Of a DNA stretch of 64,000 nt, positions 38,901 to 51,852 are shown one piece after another (positions within the stretch are counted from its first letter, which is position 1; each line of letters begins with the position of its first letter). Both the position numbers and the translations under genes were made by a program. The DNA is taken from positions 1 to 64,000 of the forward strand of contig CAJFCJ010000075.1 in NCBI GenBank assembly GCA_904063045.1, in the 5' to 3' direction. Under the pieces are notes generated by a model. It was not told the DNA's origin and searched no databases. It saw only the letters and a program-made list of their open reading frames with translations. The stretch comes from Dimorphilus gyrociliatus. Taxonomy: Eukaryota; Animalia; Annelida.

Positions 38901-41900
38901 AAGTATCAAAATGACTTTCATCAAACGTCTCCGAGAGACCTATTGTAAAGTTGGATAATTCGGAAGCTATTGTTTTCGAAAGATAAAGAATGCTTAACAA
39001 GATTTTTACCATTTGATTATAAAAAAAAAAAACAATTATACAGTGTTTGTTTGTTTTACTCACAGCAACAATCTTTCCTATTCGCAACTGTTATTCCTGT
39101 GACATTAAAAACTTTTTGTAAATTGACAACCCACCAAGGATTGGTTGTAAATTCCCCCATTGCGCAATAGCCTAGTGTAGCATCACTAAGTGATATGCCA
39201 TCAATTGCCAGATTAGCTTTATTGTCCCCTTTAGTTGTCTTTTGAAAAGCTATTTTACCAAGAGCAACATTATCTAAAAGTGGAAAAACAGTTTGTTGTT
39301 TGTATATGAATAATACATGGAAATCGATTTAAGAGAAAGCTCTCATAGTCCTAGGCGTAAGATCTACGCCTAAAAACAAGGAACTACTTTCTCTATCAAT
39401 CAATTTCATTGAGTTAACTAACATTTATGCCGTGGCTTAATTTTAAAAATATACTTTTCAACTTGAAATTGGTATTTATCATTTAAATCAGTCATATCAA
39501 TTGACCAATTAGAAATGAGGCCTAGCAGATTCGATGTAGAACAAGAATTATTTGGAAACCACCAACCACTATTTGTATTTTGTGCGCAAGATAATTCATT
39601 GTCACTGTCGATTGTGTAAAAATTGGCAGTATTTAAAAAGTCGGCTGATTGAGCACTGCCACTTAAGAATTTTGATATGGTTCTTGAATATAATTTACTT
39701 TCTGATTCAATAAGAATTCCTTGGAATTCATTGTGCACGTGACTGCCATCTTTCGACCACATATCAATTCTTCCATTATACTCTCTAAAATTTGTTAAAT
39801 AGCTCGCTAATTGGTTGCCAGCCCAGAATTCTTTGTCATCTTCATATCCATTCTTATAATCAGACCAAGATTTTGGCAATAAACCATCCATTGATAGCTT
39901 TTGTCCAAGAATTGTCCAATCTCCAAAACATTTTAATTTAGCACTCTTATCGGCTCCTCTAACATAAAAGTTAGACGACGATTGCAGCGATAGACAATCT
40001 GCAATAAATTCAACGCAACCATACAATTCAATTTGCATAGCGAAATATAAATTCTTATCAAGAAGATTGAATTTAAGAAAACGGGTTATTAGATTAGTTT
40101 TAAATGTATAAAATCTTGCGTAATAGTGATTGAACAACCCTTGAAAAACACGATTATTACTGATATCCCAAGAAATATTCTTCCAGTCTACATTGTTTAA
40201 AGATGATTCTATTGTGAAATTTTTAACATATCCGGGTTCATTCAATTTTCCTGTTCCTTGTAATACGAACGAAGAGATTGTCAATGATTGATCGAAATAG
40301 AAGAGGATCCACGGATTTAAATCTTCATTGCTAGATCTCCAAAAACCTTCCGGGCCTTTTCGAACGTGCAGCGGTAGTTTAGTTTTATCCGTTGATGAGT
40401 CGTATTCTGAAGAGACGTTCCATTTTATTCCCAAAACCTTTTCTTCAATAAGCCTTTGAAAGCATTTACCTAATTCACGAGAAAAAGGAAGGATCAGGTC
40501 ACGAAAGATGATTGAATGAATGAACAAACAAACCAGGATAAACAGTTTCAAAGTATAGTTTATCTTTATCGTCAACGTCTCTTTTGAGGTAAGCGTTTTT
40601 TGAGTAGGTATTTGACGAATAAAGTATACAATCCTTTGTATTTGTATCAAAAGCAAATGAAATACAAATAAATCTGATCTCTTCATTACACGCCATTAAA
40701 CAGTCAAATCTGGTATTAAAGTCACTTTTATAAACCATTTTACTGCTAGTTGCATTTAATGAAGCTGCATCAACAACTGTCCACAACTGTCCAATTTTTT
40801 CATTAACTGGTACTGCAAAAATTTTCCTTTTCTTATTAATAAGACCAATGGCAAAAAATTTGTTTACATATTGCCTCTTTTTCACAAGATATTAAAATAT
40901 TGTCTAAATTACAAGATAGCTTTATCCAGAAACCAGACAATATGTCAAAACCTCCACAACTACCGGATCCTTTTGATGTGTGCCATCGAATTATCTCGTC
41001 CGTTGGTAGAGTACTTCCATCAGGCCAGGTATATTTACCAGTTTTATATGTTAATCCCATACGTGTTTTTTGCGAATTTCTAATTTTAAACAATTTACTC
41101 GCTTTTTTGTGCAGTGACAGATAAAAACAAACAGTTAAAAAAAAGGACTCACTTTGAAAAGAAACCTTGAAGGAATACATTTAGAATTTCATCATATTTC
41201 GGTGAAATTAGGTTCCCTTCACCAAGCCATGGTATACCTTTACACTGCTCAATTGAATTGGCATACGTGGCTGGTGTAGAAAATGAATGAGAGATGCATT
41301 TTCTACCAAAAACAAAATATCCAGGCGGACATTCTAAGAATGGTTAATTAATTCAATTAGATTAAATACTAATATTTAGTGTATAGACTGTTCTATACCT
41401 GAGTACTTTTTACAATGAATAGATATTTTCCAGCAAACGAAACTTTCACTTTGAATAAAGAGCGCAACGTGTACAGCCATTATGGGAATGGATAATAAAA
41501 CTTGGTGTAATGACTAGAGATTGAGAGAATATTTCAAATTTAACATTCAACATTCAACAGACAACAACAAAACACCTTACATTCGACTGTAAATGATCAA
41601 TGCCATTTGTATAGTTATACCAGTCAACAGAGTTGATTGAGTACTGAATTGTTAATTTCATAAGTTGGGTTGCATTGGAAACTATTGAAAATCCAGTTAC
41701 TGTGTAAACCGTTTTAAAATTTAGACTTATTTTAATTGGTTGTTGTTGTTGGGTAAAATGTTTAGGGCATGCTAAATTAGCATTTTCATTAATCAATAAA
41801 CTTCCCCAATATATTGAATTTCCTTGAACAGAATCTTCTTGGATAAGGATTCTTTCTAATTCATTTGATGGATTCTTTACTGGATCTTGTTCTGTATACA

Positions 41901-44900
41901 AAACTGCAGAAATAAGACGCTATTCTTAACAAAATCTACTCGTCATATTTACGTTTAATGCAGCCAATAATTTCCAAGCGTAAAGCTTTCTTCCCTAGCC
42001 ATTGTTTTGGTGTGAACCTCATAAATCTTGATTCTATTGTATTGTTAAAAAGTAACAAGTACTTCATATTTCTCGTCAAAGTAGGATTACTTCTAAGATA
42101 AAGTGTCTAATTGTGAAATGGACTAGATAAGACAGTTAAGATTATTAGTAAAGTGTCCTATTTACTTTACGATTTAGAGGCTCCTCATACATTTTCCATC
42201 CATGAATTCTATATAATGAGTACTCGACCGAAAAGTCGTAAATATAATACTTTTGATTTTTACAGGATTGGGAAATAAAACCTGTAACAAGGTATACATG
42301 ACCTAAATCTATTTGTATATAGTCATTTGGTGGTGGCGAATTGGTAATCCAACAGTTTACGCTATCCAGTTTAATATTATATATATAGTAGGGCTTGGTA
42401 TAAGATGGAGAAGTTATTTGCGAAGCATGCATTTGGTTTGTGTTGCCAATACCCAGTGGATGGTTGCATTTAGGAGTAAAAATTGGAATTTCATCTTCAT
42501 TTAAATATCTTCCATACAGTTGAAGAATAAGAGAAGCATAGTTATTTTTACTAGTTGGATTGAATCTTAACGACTCACAAACAATGTTTGGAGCGAATTC
42601 TATATGATTATAATAATCTGAGCTTTCTTGTATAAAATAATTCTGTTAAAGTAGTATTTTCCATAAAAATCATGAATGTTTTCTTAAATGATCTATTTAA
42701 AGCCTTACAATTATATCACCGTCCTTATCCCTTATGGCTAACCATTGGTCATATGAAGATCTTTTGTAAAAAATCTGCGCTGTCTTTGTATATTGATTAA
42801 AAGAATATCTGCCGGATGTAGTAAAGGCAGTTAATCTTACTAATCTGTTAAAATTCACTTCCAAATAGCATTCGGTGCTCAACGCTAGCGAGCACACTGC
42901 TGGTACGTTAGAAGTGCGACTACTTCCCACCAAGTAATTGACGTGTATGTGATTATACGCTCCGTAAATGTTGACTGTTACATTAAATTCTTGTTCACTT
43001 TCGTCATTTCCTTCCGGCATTAATCTAGAACTTTTATCATCAAAGCAAAACTGCTCTAAAAAATTAGTGTTTACTTTATAACTAAATTTCGTTATGTCAT
43101 ATTTTAACATGGAACTCGATATATTATATAATTGGCATTTTACCCGTTTATCCAATCTGTACGCGAATATTTTGTCATTACTTGCAAACTATTCATTTTT
43201 TTTATAATAATACATACACAAAATGCCATCCAACTGAAATACACCAGCTACGGGAGAGACAATAGTCCAAGCAAGTTCTCAGATAGGTATGATCTATATA
43301 CGCTTTAGGACTAACCAATGGATTATAATTTGGCTTTAGACTATATATAGGCTGACATTTTTCCTCAGCAGTATAATCTCTCTCATCGTCTGGTACTGTT
43401 GTTTTTAAAGAATGAAAAATTGTTTATTGAATGTATTAATTATTAGAAATGATGAATAATTGTATACAATTTGGTAAAGTTTCGCACATTGCATATGCCA
43501 AATCATTGCAAGTGCTTCTATCAAAGAAATCTCTAGCGATAATACAAGGCCAAGTGTAGACAGGAACATAATTTGAAGCTCTTGTTAAATAGTTTGTAAC
43601 TTTTGTTCCATCCAGCCAAACAAATTTATCCAGCGTTGTTTGCTTAGCACCTATATAGATACCGTACATCTTCTTACTAATGAAAATATAAGCAATTGCT
43701 CATTAATCATATAGTTAAACATGTAAATTTTGAATTTTTGTACTTCAAAACGAAATGTCTTTTAACAAAGTCTATCTCTATTGTAGTTTTTGGCATTACC
43801 AAATTGCCTTCACCTTTCCAACTAAATCCATTCTGACAGAATTTACGACACGCCTCAAACGTTCCTTGTACATCGGAAGTTGTATAACATTTATTCAAAT
43901 TTCTTACCGAACCTGGTGGACAAACTGGCGCTTTTTCACCAAAAAATTCAAATCTCATACATTCTTCGTGTCTTTTATTAAAGTTTAGGCGGATGAAGCG
44001 AAACCTCAAAGCAGGCGACGAGAAAATAACAGTTCTATTCATTTCGTACTCACACGTTATTTCCTATTCAAAAACACATACAAAAGAAATATATTATCTA
44101 ATAAGATAGCGGTGACTGTTGAAAACGGCCATTTTGGAGCTATTTTGGTTTGGTAATGAATGAAGGAATGATGGGTTTAGGATCAATATTTAAGCAATTG
44201 ATTTGTAATCAGGTAGGTTCAAACAAATGGGTTAGCAACGATGGAGAAGTTAAAACAGGGTCCAGGGATATGTTAGGGTTATGGTAAAACCACAAAACTG
44301 TGGCCGTTATTCAACATTCATCCAAAGATGCCATTATTAAAAATTCACCTCTTCAATTCTATTCATATTTGTTTTATTGTACTGAGCTCCATATATTAAA
44401 GTATCATTGCAGTTATCCCATTGTAAGCTTTCTTTATAATATATGAAAATCCTTTCTATATAGTATATCACACCAAAGTCAACAAACCACCAAGCACCCG
44501 TGTCACTGTCGCTCATACACCAAAAGGTATCTTTAGTATTGAGTGCCATTTTAGGAGAAGTAGCCAAACTTTTGTAGGATGATGCAATAATGATCTTAGG
44601 GAATTTATCAGTTGTATTCAATTTTGGATGTTTAGCTGGATAACCATACAACTCCATAGTAATACTACTAACTATATGATACTCTCCAGTATAAGTGAAT
44701 CTTATATAACGAGCGATAATTGGCTGATGAAATACCAATTGAAAAAGTTGGTTTGAATGATGAACAGTATATTTTTTTATTTCTCCATTGTTTGTTGTAT
44801 GATCGTACCATTCAACCAGATCATTTGTATACATCACTCCAAAGCTTTTCAAATAGCCGTTTCCATTACACTGACCACTTGATATAACTTTTACAATATG

Positions 44901-47900
44901 ATGTTGAATTCCCAGATCAAATTGCCACTTTCCCGATGAAATATAATATCCAAAAGTTTGAAAAACAGGTATACAACCCAACCGAATTTCGTGAATTCCG
45001 TAATCTAAGTTGAACAGTTTTTCGGATAACATTTGAGAATGTAATATATAAAGATTTGTTAAACCGAGCGGTTTTGTGAATTTATCAACATCAATACCAC
45101 TGCTGTAGTTGAAACCAAATATTTCAAGCCTTAACGCCAATCTTCCTTGATAAATTCCAGGATAAAATACAGCGTATTGAGCAATCAGGTAGGGATTGAA
45201 TGCATTTTGAACGACAGATTTATGGTTAATATTTCCAAAAAATTTCTGAAAAGATTATTGTTTATAATCCTATACCAGTTTATGTTGAAATATCAAAAAA
45301 ATAAAATTACCCGACGTTCTCCCTTAGACGTTTTTACAATATTTACAATATCTGTTCTATTACTGACGTCCAAATAGAAATATTTTATCCACGTATTATC
45401 CCTACCACCAGCGCCCTCTATATTAATTCTTGTCATTCTAACTATTCTTCCAAAATTGAACTTATTTTTAAAAATATAATGAATGTTAGGCATTAAATTA
45501 GTAAACGTTTTAGAAACTAACTTTTATATATGAATTTACGGATGATAGACGAAAGTGGCCGCCATTCATTGGGTTAGATAAACCGTAGAATTGTCTATCA
45601 ACCATCCGCAATTGAGATACTCCATACTTGGTTGGATATAGTACTACATCAGTTTCAATGTTGCCATCCGAAATTCCAGTTGGACCATTAATTAAAGCTT
45701 CCTCTTTTTCATCACCCTCAACTATAGAATACATTTCCCAAGTGTCCCAATGGCTAGTATCGTATATCGGTTCAGAATTTGTATCGGAAGTGGTAGTACC
45801 ATTGTACAAATAGCATTTTCTATCAGTATTCTTAAGCTTAAAACTGAAACCTTTACACTTAAAGCTTGTTTGATGTTGACACAGGTACGAGCAACCCTCA
45901 ACCTGAGCAGTTTCATAGGTTTGCGCCAAATGAGCAGAATTTAATCGAGCATTGTGAAGAAAGAACCACTTGATGATTGGGGCATCGATTTTCCCTTTTA
46001 GAAGAAAAAGAAACGGCAATTTCAATTTAATAATAAAAAATGATACGGATAATATAAAATTGAATTAAAACTAACTATTAGCCTTCATTTCGCATATATA
46101 ATGACTATAAACAGAACAATCTACGTTATGCCAGCCTTGATTTGAAGAAAATGCGCAATATTGTGAAGGAATGTCAGGCTCCCCGGTCATGTAATCACGA
46201 TCGAAATTTGTAAAATTATGCCGAGCGTCATTAGTCCACTGCCAATTAACGTTTGAATTTAGCTTCTTCATTCGACTAGTTTGCGCAATGGAATCATTTC
46301 TTATCAATCCAATAAATATTCTAGATGTTAATCTAAAGATTATAAAATAGTGCTCAAAACGTAAAATTCTGATTTATCAAAAAAAAGAGACTGGCAAACC
46401 TTCTCATTAAATATACGGCAAGTGAATCTTCTTCTATTGAGGAAATTTCAATGACGTATGCTTCACTAGACCAGACAACATTCCTACAAATACTCCTTAT
46501 CAAGTTAGTATCATCATTCGAACTACCGTAGATTGAACCAGGAAAGTATTGATAGCATGATTCACCGTATTCTATTGTATTTGGTGGACAAGCTTCAGCT
46601 TCGCATGCATTAACAAAGTACTCAACGCACGGGATAACGAAATTACTAGCTAAACTCCAGAAGTTTAATTGTAATTTAGTTGCCGAATGAAGATTTAGTA
46701 ATGTTATATTAAAGGTTTTATCATCGTCTAATCGGTTAATTGTATATTTATCCAATGGTCTCCAAACGTTATTGCCCCTAGACCAGTCTATGCTCCATTC
46801 TGGAATTGGTGTATTTGAAAATTGAATTTGAACAGCTGTTAAATGATATAATAAATGAAATTCAATGACGATTGTAGATTCCACTCTTTTATAAGTTGAA
46901 TTTGACGTTTTATTGTAAATATTTGTCGTTTTCTGTTGCATAGGACAAGTTGCCGTTGTTGTTGCATTGTTTTCAAGGTCAAGTCTTGGACAAACGGCTA
47001 TGAAAGTGAAATTTAACTCATTTTTGAAACAGCAACTTTTTAACTCTTACCATCTAATTTCCCATAAAATTCAAATAACGCACATCCAGAGCCGATGACG
47101 CTATCTGAGTAAATACGAACATATCTAGCTCTTATAGGCTCGTCCAATCTTACTTGAATTGGGGTGAGCGTTTGCCATTCGATTGATCCAGAAAACTGTA
47201 AGACTTCTCCATTGCTATTTTTGACCTTTTCCAACATGTCTTCAATATGGTAGGCTACAGCCAGAGAGAATTTTTTAAGATAACCTGCGGAAGTTGCGGA
47301 CGGAGCTACACTCAACCCATAGAATTGAATGGGCAATGACCATGTTACATCGAACCAATCGTCACTCTTGACTGGGATAAAACACTGTTTCTGGAAAGGA
47401 TAATCACTGGCACGGCCTCTCAATCTTGCTAGAAAAGGGGCATAGTGATAAGTAGTACTAGTCGTAATATGTTTTGCGCTTATTTGCATATCATCTATAA
47501 GACCCGACTCCATTCCCAATGCAACTCCTTCCAGATCTGTATGAGAAAAATGAATAGAAGCATTTTTAACGGATTAATGCCAATCCAAACCTCTAACTGA
47601 AATGTTTTCATCCAGCTGACAACCCCGAACTGATAAACGGAAATCCGGTGTCAAGTGCCAACTTTTGGGATTAATGCGAAAACAACGTAAAACAATTGGC
47701 AATTTGAAGAGAATAACCCTAGCCAGAGACCAGAATTTATGACCAATCATTTCCTTCAAATGATGTAAAATTAACGACAATTTAAATTTATTACACAGAA
47801 GAAAAAAAACTTACAATAATTTCTTTTGTTTCTTTTCTATTGTACCAAGAAAAATCTAAACAATTCAAACTATGCAAAAAGTAATGATTCTCTATTGTAT

Positions 47901-49077
47901 GTTTGCCGTGTCTCTCTCCACCTAGAATATGATATCCAGTTATATTGTAAAGATTTATGAGATCTACTTGAAGCCATTGGAATAGGTTTATGTTTTGTGG
48001 TCTAAAACATCCCAGAAAGTTGTCTTGTTTGAAACTTTCAACTTTGGCTTGTTGAGGTTGAGACTGATCCAAAACATTTACAGTAGATGCTGTAAAACTC
48101 GATTCAGGAAGATTATCTATAACAGTACTTTCCTTCATACAAAATGGCGCCGTATTGCCTTCGCATTCCCATTGATAAATGTTAAATGTTGAATCAAAGA
48201 TTAATTTATCAAAATCCTCAGCAAAAACTTTTGTCGAATGTATAAAACATTGTTTGGTAATAATATTCCACGAAATACTAGAACAATTGCCGAGTTTACC
48301 AGAAAAGCAGTCCTAATAGGGTTCAAGAAAGAAGGAATATAATATTAGCAAGTTCAATATCAAAATGAATATATTATACTTGAAGACAAATCTCTAATGG
48401 ACCCTCGAATTTAACGGATGGTCTAGGATCTTTATACTTCTTTAGAACGTGCCAATAAGGTCTACAGCCACTCTTATCAACTAGTTTATTGAAAGAAAAA
48501 AACTAACATGAAGGTGTTTGTTTTGTTTGTTGATTTATTTATTTAAAATGACAAACTTTCTGATATTTCACAAATATAGCCAGGATTGCTATACGTCTCA
48601 GGAACGTCTAACCACATTCCAGTTTTTGTTTCCATGACTACGTAGGGTTCGTTGTTCATGTAATTATTTTCGCCATTGTCGAAATTATGAAAATTCAATG
48701 GTGTTCCATCAAACCAAACGAAATCAGTGGAAAACTTTCCTTGCGTATCATTTCTAATTAAGCCTATATAATAAGAATTTCTAATAGAATATTCCAGATA
48801 TAGCTGAAGAAATGAAAGCTTTCTAGCAGATTCAATTTTTATCACAGTTCCACTAAGATTTTTGCACAACGAGTTGATTTGTAAAGGTGAATTTGAATTG
48901 TTTTCAAGTTTGATTACGCAATTATCCAGATATCTTATCCAGCCAGAGGGACAATTATCACCTATTTGTTTTTGTTTGCCTTTTTTAAACACGCTAAATT
49001 TTTTAATTATTAAATTTACCTTGCGCAATTTTTACCATAGGAATTAAAGCGAAAATCAGCATGAAAAGCAACTCCAT
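28124..49077 (-). CDS. Giant polycystin-1-like (PKD1L/REJ family) receptor-channel with a multi-lectin N-terminus; multi-exon, roughly 6000 aa (estimate)
   Basis: Signal exon 49077-49020 (MELLFMLIFALIPMVKIAQ). Splice joins from the fibrinogen exon through FTP, Cys-rich, PKD, REJ, GAIN, PLAT and channel exons to the last exon 28281-28124 (ELNNRIDRLEEFI...KTYKK*) were traced and are phase-consistent. Several joins further 5' were also checked, but not all. Confidence 0.8.
29976..32193 (-). other. GAIN/GPS, TM1, PLAT/LH2 and further TM segments of the polycystin
   Basis: Motifs are CKLWNGNVWQESDSCKV...APNLIDF (GPS), YEVHVYTGNQRKGGTKSKV.L..YG...FNAGSV.SF...PWFLSRI.I.D...F.CDQWL (PLAT), and DHLWVSV....S.FTRFQRLTVCF. 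Confidence 0.9.
32200..38650 (-). other. PKD repeats and REJ module of the polycystin, preceded by three 4-Cys modules and a small Cys-rich exon
   Basis: There are repeated V.Y...FGDG / Y...G.Y.V...A.N PKD motifs. REJ features include S.DPD, FKWYC, N.PP.GG.C.CQP..G....T.F.I.C.GW, and LP.G. Confidence 0.85.
32302..32328. repeat. (GAA)9 microsatellite in a polycystin intron
   Basis: Perfect GAA run read directly. Confidence 0.85.
38730..49077 (-). other. N-terminal lectin array of the polycystin: about 4 C-type lectin, 3-4 PAN/Apple, 7-8 discoidin, 1 fibrinogen C-terminal and 1-2 fucolectin domains
   Basis: Examples: CPSGWIRYLDNC...FVWFDGT...YICE (CTL); CSYLCQHQTSFKCKGFSF...CYLY (PAN); MGMESGLIDDMQISA...ALFEFYG (discoidin); WSDYKNGY...EFWAGN...F.TIDSDN...GWWF..CS.SNL.G (fibrinogen); NVALGK...LAIDG...PWWVVNL...NRKDCC...LTLCEVEI (FTP). 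Domain counts are approximate. Confidence 0.75.
44111..44323. mobile_element. MITE-like dispersed repeat, copy 2 (intronic in the polycystin gene)
   Basis: Imperfect ~22 bp terminal inverted repeats (ggtgactgttgaaaacggcca ... tggccgttattcaacattcatcc). The interior is homologous to 4509-4738. Confidence 0.6.
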
Positions 49078-50039
49078 TTCCAACTGATGTTGCTCAATTG
49101 TTCACAGATTCATTTTGCTTGAATCTTTTAAATAAATATGATATTACTCAGTTCCTTTAAAAGGTTAATTTAATGTGTAAACAATAAACAAATGTAAGAA
49201 ACACGTATTATAATGACTAAAGAGAAAAATGATGATCCTGAATTATTGAAGAGAGATCAATACACATTTGCGTTCAGCTTTTCCAAGAATAATCTAGCCC
49301 TGACCCTGAGAATAAGAAAAAATTTACCATCTTAACAATATTTATTATTCTTTTATATATATAGCTATTGAAATCGTAATGGAACGATTTAGTATGGTAT
49401 AAATTACCTTTTGTTGAATTTTATATAATATAATTAATGCCTTAAGTTTTCATTATTGATTGTCTTAATATTTGATACATTAAAATGATTGGTGTTTTTA
49501 TAACTGAAATCTTAATTATTCATAATGCAATCAGAGAGGTAAAATTGAAAATGAAACAATTTATAATTTTCATTTTGTTTATTATTTAACGCCATCTAGT
49601 GGGAGTATTTAACAACTTAGGACAACGGGGTAAAATATAATTTACGTCCCCAGTCTTGGGTTAATCAACTCAATTCCAGATCTTTGGATACCAATTAACA
49701 ACAGCTATTAATGTACAAATGTTCAAACAAGATAAGCATAAACCTATCCTTTCATAAAAGTGGACTTTGCTCTTCAATTACTGCTTCTATGACTGCCTCT
49801 GTCCAGGAAAACCCTACAGTATTTCCTATCATACTTTAAGTGTAACTATTTGTTTGCTACTAGTTACTATTGATTAGTCTTACAGTTGAAAAATATGAAA
49901 ACCCTTTCAAAATGTCGTAAAATCACGTACTAAATACTTAAATTGGCAAATTCTTATACAGGTGGCGCTGGTAGAGATGTGTGAAAAATAAGCTACTTTT
50001 TACTTTTGTTCTTTTAGGACAATGAAATTATACAAAATT

Positions 50040-50458
50040 ACTTGGAATAGGCCTACATGATTGTAAATCTGAATCAAATATTGGTTTTAGAATTGGTGAT
50101 GTAATTGGAAGTCAAAAGAACTTGATCAATTGATTTTTGGCGATAATAGATTAGCTTTACCTAATAGTCAATTTAATGCAACAAATGGCAATGTAGTTAG
50201 CAAAGCAATTGGACACCAAAAAGGCTTGACTTTCTTATTTATTGGCGAAAATCAATTTGGTTTTGAAATTGGAAATGTATATTTGAAAATATTAAGGAAA
50301 ATTGTATCAAATAAGAAGCGTTAGGCCTATTAAATTGCAGTTTTGATGAAAGTATTGGTAGTGTTGTAGGCGAAGCAATTGGTATGCGAAAGCAACTCAA
50401 TTATTTAACTCTTGATAAAAATAAATTAAGTTCAAAAGTTTGAAGGAATATTTAAAAA
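50040..50458 (+). pseudogene. RNI-like (NLR-type) LRR remnant
   Basis: Reads IGFRIGDVIGSQKNL..LIFGDNRL...VVSKAIGHQKGLTFLFIGENQFG...IFENIKENCIK*EALGLLNCSFDESIGSVVGEAIG. This is the same repeat type as 51853-52269 but on the opposite strand, with stops and frameshifts. Confidence 0.6.
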
Positions 50459-50460
50459 TA

Positions 50461-50715
50461 AAGTAAACTTCATAAAAATTGGAACACCTCTAATTTTGAA
50501 TAGGCCAACATATTAACAATGTTTTCCACTAAGAAAAAAGAATTTTTTTAATTTTTTTTGCATAAAATGTTAGATGAAGCTTAAATTTATATATAATTTT
50601 CTTTCAAATACGATTTAAGTAAGATTTTACATCATTTTTTTTTGTTTATATCATGTACTGTTTTATTGATTTTTTTTTCTTATTTGGCCACACTTCATAA
50701 TAATTGGAACACCAA
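50461..50715. repeat. IR/DR-type terminal repeat of the Tc1 element
   Basis: The motif cttcataa(a/t)aattggaacacc occurs as a direct repeat near 50468 and near 50693, ~225 bp apart. This is the arrangement in Sleeping Beauty/Minos-type long ITRs. Confidence 0.6.
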
Positions 50716-51714
50716 CAAAAATGTTCCTATTATTCCTATTTATGAATATGACTACCCTTTTTTTGAAACATTGCCTGATTCTATGCCCCATTCCATCATA
50801 TAGACTTGGTATCAACCCTGGCTGCTCTTTTATAAGCTCATAAGAGCATTTTTTTATTTTTTTCCACAATTCAAACCTGAGGATGAATTGTAGACCATCA
50901 TATACCAGGTTTTTGGTAAGGTGCCACATGTTCTCAATTGGGTTGAGGTCAGGGCTCTTTGCTGGCCAATCTAGAGGATGGATGTCATTCATCTTAAAGG
51001 CTCTTTTAGTCATCCTTGCTGTGTGGCACCCAGCATTATCTTGCTGGAAGATGTATTTCCTCCCCATTTTTACCTCAATCTCTTTGATAACAGGGAGAAC
51101 ATCTTCCACAATAAAACAGCTGTAATTTTCAGCATTAAGCCTTTTCTTTATCTACCAAATTTGGAATATTCCATCAAATGTTATCAGTCCCCAGACCATT
51201 ACTCCATCTCTGCCCATATCTTTTTCACTATCTTTGGTCCACATACCAAAGTCATTTGGCCCACTCAGTGAGAATCTAGCCTTGTCAGTGAAAATTACTT
51301 TAGACCAGTCTAGATTACCACTGATCATCTGAAGACAGAAACTTTTTCTCCTCTTACAATTATTTGTTGTAAGATCAGGTGTTTGCCTAACTCAATTATA
51401 CCTAAATTTTGTTTTTTCAACTCCCTTTGAATGGTTAATAGGCTAACATCTACATCTAACTCTTTCAAAAATTTTCTTGCTGTCAACCTCTCCTTATTTA
51501 TTTTTATTTTCTGTATAGGCCTCTTCATCCTGCCTATATCTCTCTCCATAAGTTTCTTTGAACAACCTCTATTCTCCCCTTTTGGTAGTTGATACCTTAA
51601 AATATTGCTAACAGAAGAGGGTGCCATTCCTAAAGCTCTTGCTGTGGCTCATAGTTTTGGTATTTCATTGTATTTCTTGAATACAAGCTCCCTAATGTCT
51701 TTACTCCTCATCAT
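50461..51714 (-). mobile_element. Decayed Tc1-family (DD34E) transposon, one end missing
   Basis: ATG at 51714 starts a paired-like HTH region (ATARALGMAPSSVSNIL). It then reads WSKVIFTD, VMVWG (frameshifted) and QQDNAGCH...WPAKSPDLNPIENMW, with exactly 34 residues between the second D and the E. There are stops and frameshifts, and the end is flanked by TA at 50459-50460. Confidence 0.88.
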
Positions 51715-51852
51715 ATTTAAAAAAGTACAATAAAAATAAAGTAATATAAATGAAATTAACAATTAATTGATAAAGATAACTTAGAAAATCAAAGACGTTA
51801 AAAAAAAAGTTTTTTTGGATATCTATTTGAATGCCAAACAAGATGTCAATTT

